From the NCBI RefSeq assembly GCF_001194135.2, contig NC_068987.1, positions 48,277,246 to 48,325,116 on the forward strand: DNA of 47,871 nt, in the 5' to 3' direction. This DNA comes from Octopus bimaculoides. Taxonomy: Eukaryota. Positions 11,927 to 25,000 of this stretch are shown here, in pieces. The notes beneath the pieces were generated by a model. It saw only the letters and a program-made list of their open reading frames with translations, searched no databases and was not told the DNA's origin. Numbering within the stretch: position 1 is the stretch's first letter; the number at the start of each line of letters is the position of its first letter. Both the position numbers and the translations under genes were made by a program.

Positions 11927-13707
11927 CTGTGAATGTAAAAATAAATAATAAAGTGGGACACTTAAATTAGGAAAAATAAAAGCATTTAAAGAGAAAAAAT
12001 TTCAAATAAACCCTTATTGGATTGTCAGACTATTACTGAAACCTTTGTTATAATTAATGAGTTAATAGCAAGTAAGACTGGCTGGTGAAGTGGGGGAGGG
12101 GCTGTTTCCCTTGGGATAATGACTAAATCTGAAAAACACAGGCATGAGGCATAAATGAAGTAAAATTTCAACAAGGACTTGAACCTATATTGCAGACTTA
12201 TCAAATGAATCACCACTACACCAATTGCTGTATGTTATAATAATCACTGTATGATATGTAATATCATTCATAGATTATTTCAAGTGTACTACATTTGATT
12301 TGAATACAAAGTACCTGGTATGAATAGAAACTAATGTTCTTTCAAGTCTTCAACAATTCTAATTTGAATTCAGTGCTCACAGGCACAAGGTTTAAACCAG
12401 ATTGACTGAATAGGAGACACTGAAAAAATAAAAACAGCTAAAACCTATGACGCAGATATTAGGTAAGTATTTCAAGGTTAACATTAACAACGATGGCTTT
12501 CCAAAATATATTTTTAGTCTTTTTAGTTCAAATGTTTGAATAAAAAAAAAAAGTCAACTGGCTGTGAGTCAGTGAACTAAGACAGTGAGGAATGATTAAG
12601 TCAACTACATGGGATGTCATGTCTCAGAAGTTTCATTTAAATACACAATGCTAATGCATGATGTCATAGATGTGTTTGTTATGAGTAGATAATATTTTTC
12701 AAAGCAGTTACAAATGTAAAAAGGACAGCAGAGCTATGAACAACAACAATATTAATAATAATAATAATTTGAATAAGCACAAGGTCAAATTTTGAAAGAA
12801 GGCATGTCAAGTCAACTGAATCAATTTCAGTATATTACATATATATTTTTAACAACATTTAGAAGAGAGGAGATATTTTTCAAAGCAGTAATAAACATAA
12901 AAGATTAGCAGAGCTACAAACATCATTATCAATATTTAACATCTACTTTCCCATGCTTATATGGGTCTGATGGAATTTGTTGAGGCAGATTTTCTACAAC
13001 TGGATACCTTTCCTGATACCAACCCTCATTTGTTTCCAAGTAGAACACTATTTCTCCATGACCAGACATAGTGTCATGGAAGACTGGAAATGAATAACAG
13101 TATTCTACTGGTATTTCTTTTAACAACATCTGTAAGGGTTGATGCTCATAAAGACATCCTAACAGAAAAGAAAAGCACTGAGCAAAATACACTAAAAGTC
13201 TGGCCACCTATTGTTTGTACTGAATCACCTTCCCTCATTATTTTGCTACTAATAATGACTTCTACCACCAGAAAAGCAATAATGAATGATAGAAAATTAA
13301 TAATAATAGAAAAACTCATATTCAACAATGGAAAGACATCTACCTTTTAAGGAATGGGTGTGTTTCGTTAAAACACTTTAATTGCAGCCTATTTAGAAGA
13401 GACTAATCTGAAACATCCATTCAGTGAATTCATTTTCTAACAATGCTTAATTACTGCTTAGAAGGTCATTAGAAAGCTAAAACCAAATCCACCATAACTG
13501 AAAATGTAGGTTTTGTTAAGATTATTTTACAATATGTAATGTATGTATTTCTACATGGAACCTCATTTTTAGGTCTAGCTTCATCTTTGTATGCTCTAAG
13601 AACAATAGGAAAAGAAAGTTTGTATTAAGGGTGGGTTCCAGTTGTATAAAACTCCATATGAAACGTAACCCTTTTCATACAGCCCTACTCGATATTATCA
13701 GTATTAA

Positions 13708-13941
13708 TCTTTTTGATACCAATCTGCCTGAGACTGCCTGTTTTCCTTTAAACAGGAAGTTTGGATACAAGTTTCCTGTTTAAAGTGATCTAAATTAAAA
13801 CTTTCCATTAAAATTTCATATTAATTTATGTTTCAAACATCATTTAAATAATGGCAAATTATTTTATGAGAGTCTTCATTATTTTCAATATTAACTGAAA
13901 GAAAGGCAATATATTTTGACAGAAATATGGTAACAAAAGGG
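13708..13941 (+). mobile_element. TTAA MITE family B, full copy
   Basis: ttaa|tctttttgatacc ... ggtaacaaaaggg|ttag terminal inverted ends. Other copies at 6548, 26013 and 35010-35235 (reverse), with partials at 13960-14120 and 14800-14950. Confidence 0.7.
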
Positions 13942-14319
13942 TTAGATTGGTCAGATTTTACTTTTTTATTTTTACTATATTATACTGAATACACTGCCTT
14001 TGTTTTGATTAATTTTGAAGGTCATGAAGAACTCAGTAAAATTGCTGTTATTATTAAGCTGGAATTTGAAGCATAAATTAAAATTTTGATGGAAGGTTTT
14101 AATTTAAATCACTTAAAAACTTTCTATTATAGTTCCAGGGAAGTCTCAAGCAGATTGCAAAAAGGTTAAAGTAAAATTTCATTCAAAATCTCATTGCATC
14201 ATGAATGATATTCTGATATTTCAGTTGGGAACACCAGCATAAAAATACAAATACAATGTTACAGAGATTTTATTGAACTCTTCCAAAATTTTGATTAAAG
14301 ATTGAAGGCAGTTGTGAAA

Positions 14320-14678
14320 GAGGGAGATCCAAGAAGACATGGGATGAAGTATTGAAGGCTGATCTCAAAATGCTGAACCTTACGAAGGAGATGACAGAGG
14401 ACTGAGATATGTGACGCATTGCTGTACAAGAAGACCCACCCACCACAACAGAATTGAGATCCTACAACCAAGGCACCACATAAAAAGCAGTGATGATGGT
14501 GCCACATAAAAAGCACCTGTGGAGTTGGTGTTAGGAAGGGTATCCAGCTATAGAAACCAAGTCAAAACAGACTATGGAACCCAGTATGGCCTCTGGCTTT
14601 GCCAGTTCCTTTCAAGCCGTTCAACCTATACTAGCATGGAGAATGGGCATTAAATGTTGATGATGATGATGATGATGA
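14320..14678 (+). mobile_element. 5'-truncated RTE LINE 3' end
   Basis: GSCERGRSKKTWDEVLKADLKMLNLTKEMTED matches the end of the RTE at about 25000-25100. It is followed by the shared terminal module and a (GAT)n tail. Confidence 0.75.
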
Positions 14679-14994
14679 TAGTGTACTCATTAGAAATATA
14701 GCCATAAAAGGGTTCTAAATTAAACTTTGCATTAATGGTAAAGTAAATTATCATACTCATTTCAATCAACCATAAACTAAGTATCAACCTGCCTGCAACC
14801 ACACTTGGTCCTATGATACAAACTTCCTGTTTCAAAGTTCAAACACAAGATTAATAAGGACAAAGTTATTTTATTAAATTCATTATTATTTTTAAAATTA
14901 ATTGAAACAAAGACAGTGTATTTCAACAGAAATATAGTAATGAAAAGATTAAGATGAAATAGACAGCTTCCTGAAAAACAGCTAATTCAGCAAT

Positions 14995-15525
14995 ATCATC
15001 ATCACCATCATTTAACGTCTAACATTCATGCATGGGTAGGACAGTTGACAGGAGCTGGCCAGGTAGAAAATCTACCCAAGGCTACTGTGTCTGTTTTGGC
15101 AGGGATGTTACAGCTGGATGCCCTTCCAGACATCCAACCACATTACAGTGTGGACTGGATGATTTTAACGTGGCACCAGTACTGGCAGGGTAACCAAGTA
15201 ACTCATAAGACAAGAAATTATGAGAGGGGCAGGGCATTTGTGTCAGAGGATGAAAGTTAAAGTGTGACAGAGAGACAGAAGCAGGTGCCTTGCCACAACA
15301 GAGGGGATATTAGAGGAGGTGATCCTGTATCAAATGATGAGAGGTTAGAGTGTAACAGAGAAATAGAGAGGCAGAAATAGGTATCTTTCTATAGAGGAGG
15401 TACGTGGTTATCCAGTGAGAGATAGAGAGGAGATAGAGAGTGAGAGAGAGGTACAGAAAGAAGCCAATACTTGGTTACCTAGTCAGAGGGAAAACAGAGG
15501 AGAGAGAGAGAGTAACCAAAGGGGA

Positions 15526-15557
<32 letters not shown>

Positions 15558-17580
15558 TAGGAAACAGCAAATGTGTAAGAGAGAGCAGAAGAGAGATGGT
15601 GTAGTGCTTGGGTATACTCACAAGTAACAAGAATATGAACAAAGAACCTGGTTAGAAAAAAAAGAAGTGGGTGTGGGTGGTGGGATGTGTGGGGAGCAGT
15701 GATACAGTGAGCACAGCAGTGAGGGCAAGAAAGGGGATTAGAAAACAATCATAATGTATGAGGAGGAATTGTGAGGAAGAGAAAGATGCAATTAGAAGAG
15801 GAGTTGTAGTTTGATTTCTTAGGGTAGAGTGGGTGAAAAGTGTGTTGTTACATGTGGGTGGGACACAACTCTTCTAGCACTCAGTTTTGTGGACGGGTCT
15901 TCCCTAGGACCTCANNNNNNNNNNGGGATTAGAAAACAATCATAATGTATGAGGAGGAATTGTGAGGAAGAGAAAGATGCAATTAGAAGAGGAGTTGTAG
16001 TTTGATTTCTTAGGGTAGAGTGGGTGAAAAGTGTGTTGTTACATGTGGGTGGGACACAACTCTTCTAGCACTCAGTTTTGTGGACGGGTCTTCCCTAGGA
16101 CCTCATATTGCCAAACATCTTGGTCTACTGTCATTTACTCTGTGAGGTCCAACATCCAAAGATCAGTCCTCACCACTTCATCCCATGTCTTCCTGGGCCT
16201 CCCTCTTCCACAGGTACCATCCACTTTCAGTGACAGGCACATCTGTATACAGCTGTCTTCACTCATACACATCACATGTCTAAACCAATGCAGTCTTCTC
16301 TTCTGGAGACCACATTTAATCTCTTACGCCTAACTTTTCTCTCAACACAGTTGTGCTTTGTTGGTCATGCACACTGATGTGGCAAATTCAATGGAGCATA
16401 CTACTGTCATTCCTCTCCAGCTTACGCATGTCTTCCACAGTCAGAGCCCATGTCTCACTACCACGTAACATAGCTGTCCTCACACAAGCATCATACAACC
16501 TAACTTTCACTTCGAGAAAGAGTTCTTTTGCTGCCAACAGAGGTAGTAGTTCTCTAAATTTCCTCCACCCAGTTCTTATTCTAGAAACAATGCTTTCAGA
16601 GCATCCACCACCGTTACTAATTTGGTCACCTAAATAGCAAAAACTATCGACTACCTCAAGAGAGCCTCCTGAGCATTTGACAGAGTTTAAGTCTCTTGTG
16701 CTCTTGGTACTTACTGTTCCTGCACATCTGTCACACACAAAAGCAACCTTATTTGATCATCTTCCCACAATTCCACTGCATCTCTTATGCGTCCATAGAT
16801 TATATTTGGTGCAGTGAATGGAATTACCTCCCACTCCTTTCCTACATGTTGAACAGGGCCATTTGCCAGCCAGAATGAGAGTCTTATCTCCTTTCTTGCT
16901 AACAACAACTTTAGTCTTAGCTAAATCAACTTTAAGGCCCTTTGATTCCAGATTTTGCTTCCAAACCCAGAACTTCTCCAATTCTGCTTCAGATTTTGCA
17001 ATACGAGCAAGATCATCCATATATAGTAGTTTCCATGGGCATCCAGTTTTGAATTCATCTGTTATGGCTTGGAGAACTATGAGAGATAAGAGTGGACTAA
17101 GAACTGATCCCTTGTGTACTCCAACTTTTACGTTAAATTCGTCACTTATTCAAAGTCAACTCTCAGCTTACTGAGAGCATTGCTGTACATAGCATGAACC
17201 CCTATAACAAGCCATTCCTCTACTCCTAGCTTCCTTAGAGACCGCCAAATAAGAGAGCAGAGAACCCTGTTGAAAGCTTTCTCCAAGTCAACGAAGGCTA
17301 AGTACAATGGCTTACTTTTGGCCAAATACTTTTCTTGCAACTGTCTCACTATGAAGATGGCATCTGTGGTACTTCTCCTAGGAACAAAACTAAACTGCAT
17401 CTCATCTAGTTTAATTCTATCTAATTAGTTGAGACATAACTCTCTCTGTAATTTCCATGACCTGATTGAGCAGTTTGATACCTCTGTAGTTGTTTCTGTC
17501 TAAGGCATCACCTTACTCTTGTTGCAACTGACTATAATACTGTTACAACAGTCTTTGGAGATGATGCCTTCCTGAATAAC
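14995..17580 (-). mobile_element. 5'-truncated RTE LINE (RT remnants plus ~1-kb pyrimidine-rich 3' UTR)
   Basis: ORF fragments QFSFVPRRSTTDAIFIVRQLQEKYLAKSKPLYLAFVDLEKAFNRV, KTKVVVS...WPCSTCRKGVGGNSIHCTKYNLWTHKRCSG and VVDSFCYLGDQIS..GGCSESIVSRIRTGWRKFRELLPLL. Reverse (GAT)n tail at about 14995-15015. Confidence 0.92.
15734..16105. other. Assembly artefact: identical 181-bp copies flanking a 10-N gap
   Basis: 15734-15914 is identical to 15925-16105; Ns at 15915-15924. Confidence 0.85.
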
Positions 17581-17701
17581 TCAAGCAATTCAAGTAAACA
17601 CTAAAAACATAAGATGCTGACCTGGGGTTACACAACAGCCAACACACTGAAGAAACATTATTTGGAAATGTGAAAAATTTTATAGATCATAGGGTGTTTA
17701 A

Positions 17702-17910
17702 CCCTTTAGCATTCAGGTTACTTTGTCAAATGTAATATTTTTTCCTATAACTTTGAATTAATCATGTACTATCTAGTGGCTTTGAAATTTCAATGATGTG
17801 ATATATTTTTAGAATGACATGGTAGGGTAGATGTGAGAAGCCAGATCTAGTCAGTTTGAACATAAAACAGAATATTTGGGCTGAATACGGCCAGTTTAAA
17901 TGCTAAAGAG
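17702..17910 (+). mobile_element. TTAA MITE family A (piggyBac-like ends)
   Basis: TTAA|CCCTTTAGCATT ... AATGCTAAAGAG|TTAA; TTAA at 17698-17701 and 17911-17914. Confidence 0.85.
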
Positions 17911-18436
17911 TTAAACTAGAATATTTACTGATAAATTGGTCATATACACAAGATTTTTCAAACAGAATAAAGTTTGTAGCTTCAAAAATAGCATGTGAAA
18001 TACACATTACTCAAAACAATAAAAAATGTTAATGATATATTCTAGATACTATAACCAGTAGCACTTTTATATCTATTTCTCCAAGCCCAAAAAGGTTGGA
18101 TGGATTTACAGTAAATATAGCAACTAGCTCCATGTCTCAAGATTACAATACTGATTTCTGCACGATTCTATGTTCTCATATGTGTCATCACTATTTCTTC
18201 TAAGATTTTGTTTGTTCTGTGTTATAATAAGGTTGCATTCATAAAGATTTTTCTTTTTTTAAACAATGACTGACTGATTGGTTTTAAGGTGATACAAAAG
18301 TTAGCTACGACTCTACTCTATCTAGTTTTATTAACTGAAAAAATAAGAACCATTCCCATTTTAAAGTGGGTTAGTTTGAGCTGGTACAATTATTAGAGCA
18401 TAGAAATAAATGATTTGTAATATTTCTTCCAACTAT

Positions 18437-18650
18437 GGCAGCATGCTAGCAGAATTGTAAGCAGATCAGGTCAAATGCCTAGCAGCATTTCATCTGTCTT
18501 TACATTCTGAGTTCATATTATGCTGAGGTCGACTTTGTCTTTCACCCTTTCAGGGTCGATAAATTAAATGCTAGTTGAGCACCGGAGATGATGTAATTGA
18601 CTTACACCCTCCCGCAAAATTGTTGCGTTGTGCCAAAATTTGAAACCAAT
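18437..18650 (+). mobile_element. tRNA-derived SINE family 2 (central domain resembles the Meta/MESC type, from memory)
   Basis: B-box-like gagttcatatt, then gaggtcgactttgtctttcaccctttcagggtcgataaattaa. A partial repeat follows at 18655-18800, and reverse copies occur elsewhere in the window. Confidence 0.7.
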
Positions 18651-19210
18651 ATTTCTTCTGACTCTTTACATTCTGAATTCAAATCCTACAGCAGTCAACT
18701 TTAACTTTCACTTCCTGGGGATCTATAAAATAATGTATCAATCAAATACTGGAGTTGATTTAACTGATTTAATTTTTCCACTAAAAATTGCTAGTTTTTG
18801 CTGGTCTTGTACTGAAATCAGATACAATATTAAAAAAATAACGTGCTTAAAAGCTAAAAAAAATAAGAAAAGTCTCATGACTTTCAGAAACTCTTCATTC
18901 CCAGAGAAACTGAAGCATGGAATAACCTATATGGAGCAGTTGTTAGCTATCAGGACACTATCCTTAAAAAATTCCATGCTTCTCAAAACTTGCCAATTCT
19001 GTTCCAGATGTGCTAATACCCCTTTTCTTCTTTATGGCTCTTTTACTGTTCACTTTTCCATCGTGTTTTATTCAGTGTACTATGCATGCCCTTTTGAAGA
19101 ATTTTTAATAGAGTGTATCAACCTCAGTACTTATTTTTTAAAGCCTGGTATTTATTCTATTGGTACCTTTTGCCAAATCACTAAGTTACTGGAATGTAAG
19201 CACACCAGCA

Positions 19211-19255
<45 letters not shown>

Positions 19256-19261
19256 TACACA

Positions 19262-19420
19262 CAACAGGCTTTTTTCAGTTTCCATCACAAATCCACTTCA
19301 CAAGGCTTTGGTCAACTTAGAGCTATAGTAGAAGACACTTGGCCAAGGTACCACGCAGTGGGACTGAACCTGGAACCAAGTGGTGGGAAACAAGCTTCTT
19401 ATCACACAGCCATGCTGGCT
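19262..19420 (-). mobile_element. tRNA-derived SINE family 1, 5' part
   Basis: Reverse complement of ggctgtgtg..aagcttg..ggttcagtcccactgcgtggtaccttggcc..cttctactatagc..aagccttgtga..gatggaaactgaaaa, followed by (CA)n. Confidence 0.75.
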
Positions 19421-19786
19421 CCCAGAAGAATCTGAGTGGATAAGGTATTACCTGTATTGTAGTTTGATTAAATGGAACTTTTCCATTAAAATTTGGACAG
19501 AGTTGAAATTCAACAGCTTAAAAATCAAGCTGAAGTTTCTTTCCATTTTTGATTTGAGAATGATAATTAGAGTAGCAGGAATTGTATTTATTGAGTTCAG
19601 TGATAAGCTGCAATGATGACCAACATCCAAAATGCTACATGTATTTATTATTACTATTATTACCATTCTAACATAGGTAATTAAAGTAGATTATAAATCA
19701 GATTTTAACTGCATAGCAAACTATTTGTATGATTTTATGTTGAAAATCATTAATGTCCTTGGATTGTATTCATTTACCATGTTTAA

Positions 19787-20207
19787 CTCTCTAGCAATCA
19801 AATTACTGTCAAACGTAAAGCTTATTTATTCACATTGTTTTGAATTAACCATGTATCATCTCATGGCTTCAAGGTTTATATTTAGAATGATATTGTAGGT
19901 TATGTATGAGGGACCAACTCTAGCTATTTTAAACAAAACAGGTAGATTATTTGGGTTGGATATGGCTTGTTTAAATGCTAAAAAGTTAAACTTTCAGCAT
20001 TCAGATTATCCTGTCATGTGTAATGTTTATTTATACATATTGTTTTGAATTAATCATGCATTATCTCATGGCTTCAAGATTTTGATGATGGGATTGTTTA
20101 TTTTTAAAACAAAATTGTAAGGTAGGAGTGAATAGCTGGATGTGTCCAGCTTGAATATAAAATGGGTAGAATACTTGAGTGGGATACAGCTAGTTTAAAT
20201 GTTAAGA
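19787..20207 (+). mobile_element. Two head-to-tail family A MITEs sharing one TTAA
   Basis: Copy 1 19787-19985, TTAA 19986-19989, copy 2 19990 to about 20207. Confidence 0.7.
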
Positions 20208-20649
20208 TAGCATGTATTTATATTTCCTAAACCTTTCAAATTATAAGTACATTAGCAAAATATATCTGGAGATTTTTAAGTTAACACTATATGCTGAGAC
20301 AGATGAAAACATCTTGGCTGTATATATGATATATTTGTAGATAGAGAAAGAGAGATAAACTTGACTAATTTCAATCCCATGCTAGGGTTTTATCAACAAA
20401 AGACTTTCACTATTCATGGAGATATCATCATCAACACTTTAACACCCACTTTTCTATGCCTGCATGGGTTAGACTGAGTTTATTGAAGCAGATTTTCTAC
20501 AGCTGGATGTCCTTTCTGCCACCAACCCTCACCTGTTTCCAAACAAGGCCAACTATTCTTGCAGAATATTGAAAATGAGTGAAACTACTTGTATGACAAT
20601 CATTTTACAACTATCATGTGACCCAAACAAACAAACATACATATATAAT

Positions 20650-20805
20650 GGGCTTCTTTCAGTTTCCTTCTACCAAATTCACTCACAAGGTTTTGGCTGA
20701 CCCAGGGCTATAGTAGTAGACACTTGTCCAAGGTGCCATACAATGGGACTGAACCTGAAATACGTGGTTGGGACGCAAAACTTCTTATTCCACAGCTGTG
20801 CCTGT
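20650..20805 (-). mobile_element. tRNA-derived SINE family 1, 5' part
   Basis: Same reverse-strand pattern as 19262-19420. Confidence 0.7.
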
Positions 20806-20944
20806 ACCTACTGTTTATAAGACTACCATGACCAAGGGTTTAAATAAACTGACCGATTGGCATATATAATGCATTGTAAAGAGTTAATTCAATACATCAT
20901 AAATTAGTGACACATTAATAGTAAATATATATATAGAGATATAA

Positions 20945-21093
20945 GTATGGTTGTGTGGTTGAAAGTATGCTTTACACCTAGCTTGGGATTCGGTCTCATT
21001 GCATGGCACATGGAGTAACTGTCTTTTTCTGGAGCCCTAAGCCAATCAATACTTTCATTGTGTATTTGGTAGAAGGAAACTGTGTAGATGTTT

Positions 21094-21144
<51 letters not shown>

Positions 21145-21370
21145 GTGTGTGTGTGTGTGCGTGTGCGTGCATGCACACAACTTTGTCTTTCACCACTTGA
21201 TACAATTGGCATTGGTTTCCTTTTATCCCTATCACTTAGGGGTTCAGTAGGAAGAGACCAATAGAACAAGTACCAGACTTAAAATAAGTACTGCAGCTGA
21301 TTTAAATGACTAAGCCCTTCAAGGAGATGGCCCAGCAGGGCAACAGTCCAATGACTAAAACGCGAATACA
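20945..21370 (+). mobile_element. Degenerate SINE family 1 with central (GT)n
   Basis: ggttgtgtggttgaaag head; tggtagaaggaaactg; (GT)n at about 21097-21165; caatagaacaagtaccag...ccagcagggcaacagtccaatgactaaaa tail. Confidence 0.6.
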
Positions 21371-21611
21371 TACATACATACTCCAAAATTTTAGCACATA
21401 AATACATATGCATGCATCTAGACATAAAAACGCATCCATAAAACAAACATACAAATCTGCGCATACACTAACACCAAATACTGCACACACACACATATGC
21501 ACAAATACCTAGATGATGTTGATAAAAGTTCCAATGAAGGAGCCTTGAATCTATGTTAGAGTCCGGCTCTTTCTCTATGGACAAGAAATACAGAAATGAA
21601 ACTGATTGATA

Positions 21612-21646
<35 letters not shown>

Positions 21647-22099
21647 AAAATATTCACTTTTCCGTGCTTTATGGGTCAGACAGAATTTGTTGAGGCAGAT
21701 TCTCTATGGTTGGATGCCCCTCCTGTCACCAACCCTCACCTGTTTCCAAGCAAAGAAATATTTTCCCATAAACAAGTTTTTCACAGAAGACTGGATATGT
21801 CTAGCTATGGGAAAATATTGGCTTGCTTGAAAACAGGTAAGCATTTGTATCAAGCATTATATGTATCATTATTTCATTTTACATGATGAAGCTTTGCTTT
21901 GAAAGGTGAACGGTTTAGACATTCATATAAAGCCAAGTACTTACTTATGAGTCCGGTACTTATTAATCTCATTTATTTAATCAAAACACTGTCGATCATA
22001 GCAAAGAAGAACAGCTTTTAAGCAGCATCAATGTAAAGACGGACAAGGAAAACACATATGTACAGTTTCTGTCAATCAAATTTTACTCCTAAATGATTT

Positions 22100-25000
22100 G
22101 TCACACACGCACACTGATTCTCCCTTAGAATTGTTAAGAGTACATTGAAAGGTAGGTCTGGTGAGATTGTTGAGATGCTTGAATGGAGACGAGTAGATTT
22201 GTGCTGCATCCAAGAACTAAGGTGGAGAGGAGGTTCTGCTAAGTTCCTCACAGGCAAAGAACATGGGTATAAAATTTTCTGGGTAGGGAACACTGTTGAG
22301 GTTGGGGACGTGGGTATACTTCTTGTGTGGAGAAATGGGTTGATAAGGTAATCGAGGTAGTCAGAGTCTGTGATAGAATACTAAAGCTTAGATTAGTGCT
22401 GCAACGTGGATTAGCAACTATTATCTCGGTTTATGCCTCTCAGCCAGGGCTACCTGATGAACAGAGAGACCAATTTTATGACACCCTCTTGCAGACTACA
22501 TCATTGACGAATAACAGATACCTTCTCTTTGTGGCTGGCGACTTCAATGGGCATGTTGGACAGCATCCAGGGAGCTTCCATGGTGTACATGGTGGCAACG
22601 GATTTGGTTTCTGCAACGAGGAGGGACCCAGGCTGCTGGAGTTCTGTGATGCAAATGATCTTCTGATCCATAATATTAACTTCAGGAAACCTACCAGTCA
22701 CTTGCTCACCTACCAGTCTGGTGGACACACTAGTCAGATTGACTACATTCTTACCAGGAAACGGGAAAGATGGCTACTCATAAATGACAAAACCTTCCTG
22801 GATGAAGAATACAGACCACAACATAGGTTAGTAGTTAGTGACTTCAGGATCAGGGCTAAATGGCTGCCCAGAAGATGACAAGCATGGAAAAGAAGGATCT
22901 GGAAGCTTAAAGATCCTGTAAATGGACAGAGATTTAGAGATGTATTACATGAAGCTTTTGACAAAAAAGAGGAGGATAGAGCACTACATGATGTGAAGAC
23001 AACTGGAGGTTCCTATGTGATAACTTGTTGAGGGCTACTGACCAGACCTGTGGATGGTGCAAAGCCCCTCTCAATATAAAGTAATGTGGTGGTGGAACAA
23101 TGTAGTTGACAGGGCCATTAGGGAAAAGAAACAGGCATGGAAGGACTGGAAGAGCGGTGGTCGCAGGGAACTGTATCAGATTGCCAGAAGGGAAGCTAGG
23201 AGACGGGTTTACTTAGCCAGAGGGGAAGCAGATAAAAAAAACTTTGCCAATGTTCTGCATCGTGAAGACTAAAAACTCGAAGTGTTTCATGTTGCAAGAC
23301 AGTGTGTGAGAGAGAACCGTGATGTCATAGGAGAGTAGTGTGTCTGCATGGATGATCCCTTGCATTTAATGAGGCTGCAAAGAGAGAGAGACTTAGAGAC
23401 ACCACTATGAAAGGTTGCTAAATGAAAAGAATGCATGAGAGAAAGAGAGTCTGCCAAATGTCAACCCAACAGAGGGACCGGCTATCTGAATTGACAGTAC
23501 CTTGGTAGATAAAGAAATTAAAGGTATGAAAACAGGGAAAGCCTCTGGCCCATCAGGAATTACTGCAGAGATGCTTAAAATATATGGCAGTGTAGGCTGT
23601 AGTCAAGTTACCTGTATAGTCAACCGGGTGATACATGAAGGAGTCATACCTAATGACTAGAGTAGCAGCACCATGGTCAACTGCTACAAAGGTAAAGATG
23701 ATGCATTAGATAGGAATAATTACAGAAGTATCAAATTGTTGGATCAGGTAATGAAAGTCACGGAGAGGGTCATAGCCCAACTAATTAAGGAGAGAGTTAG
23801 TTTAGATGAAATGCAGTTTGGGCTTGTGCCAGGGAGAAACACCACTGATGCTATATTTCTGATAAAACAGCTGCAGGAGAAATTCCAAGCCAAAAATAAA
23901 CCTCTGTACTCGGCTTTCGTTGACATGGAGAAAGCTTTTGACAGGGTCCCCTGATCCATTATCAGGTGGTCATTGCGGAAACTTGGGATAGATAAGTGGT
24001 TAGTGAGAGCTGTACAAGCCATGTTCAGGGATACTGTCAGTAAGGTGAGAGTTGGCAACAAGTATAGTGAAGAATTCCAGGTAGGAGTAGGGGTCCACCA
24101 AAGATCAATCCTCAGCCCTCACTTATTCATCATAGTCCTCCAGGAAATAACAGAGGAATTCAAGACAGGGTGCCCCTGGGAGTTCCTCTATGCAGATGAT
24201 CTTGCTCTAATAGCTGAGTCACTACCAGAACTAGAGAAGTTTCAGGTGTAGAATCAAGGTCTAGAATCAAAGGGCCGGAGAATCAATCTAGCAAAAACCA
24301 AAGTCTTAGTAAGAAGGCAGACATATCACAAATCCCTTCAGGTAGACGGTCCTGCTCGATCTGTAGAAAAGGCGTAGGTAGAAACTCCATAAGATGTACC
24401 CAGTGTAAGCTACAGACACATAATAGGTGCAGTAATATCAAAGGAAGGTTAACTGTGAAGATTGTTTTTGTGTGTGGCAGATGCACAGGGGCAAAAAACA
24501 CTGAAAATGTGCAGAAAACAGTTTCCATCACATGCCAAGGGAAAAAACTAGAAGTAGTTGATAGCTTCCATTACCTAAGTGACCAAGTCAGTAGCAGGGG
24601 TGGATGCTCTGAGAGCATAGCTGCTAGAATAAGAATAGCCTGGGCAAAGTTCGGAGAGCTTCTATCTCTGCTGGTAACAAAGGGCCTCTCGCTCAGAGTG
24701 AAAGGTAGACTGTTTGATGCATATGTGCAAACAGCCATGCTACACAGTAGTGAAACGTGGGCTCTGACTGCTGAGGACATGCGTAGGCTTGAAAGAAATG
24801 AAGCTAGTTTGCTCCACTGGATGTGTAATGTCAGTGTGCATAACACAACAGAGTGTAAATGTCCTGAGAGAAAAGTTGGACATAAGAAGTATCAAATGTG
24901 GTATGCAAGAGAGACAACTGTGCTGGTATGATCATGTGCTACGTATGGATGAGGACAGCTGTGTGAAGAAGTGTCACACCCTAACAGTGGAGGGAACCTG

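Noticed and set aside
15734-16105. 181-bp direct duplication
   Set aside because: Identical copies abut a 10-N gap, which is typical of unmerged contig overlap rather than biology.
18628-19320. 230-aa + strand ORF
   Set aside because: It runs through SINE, AT-rich and (CA)n sequence, has no recognisable domain, and is antisense to DLG5.
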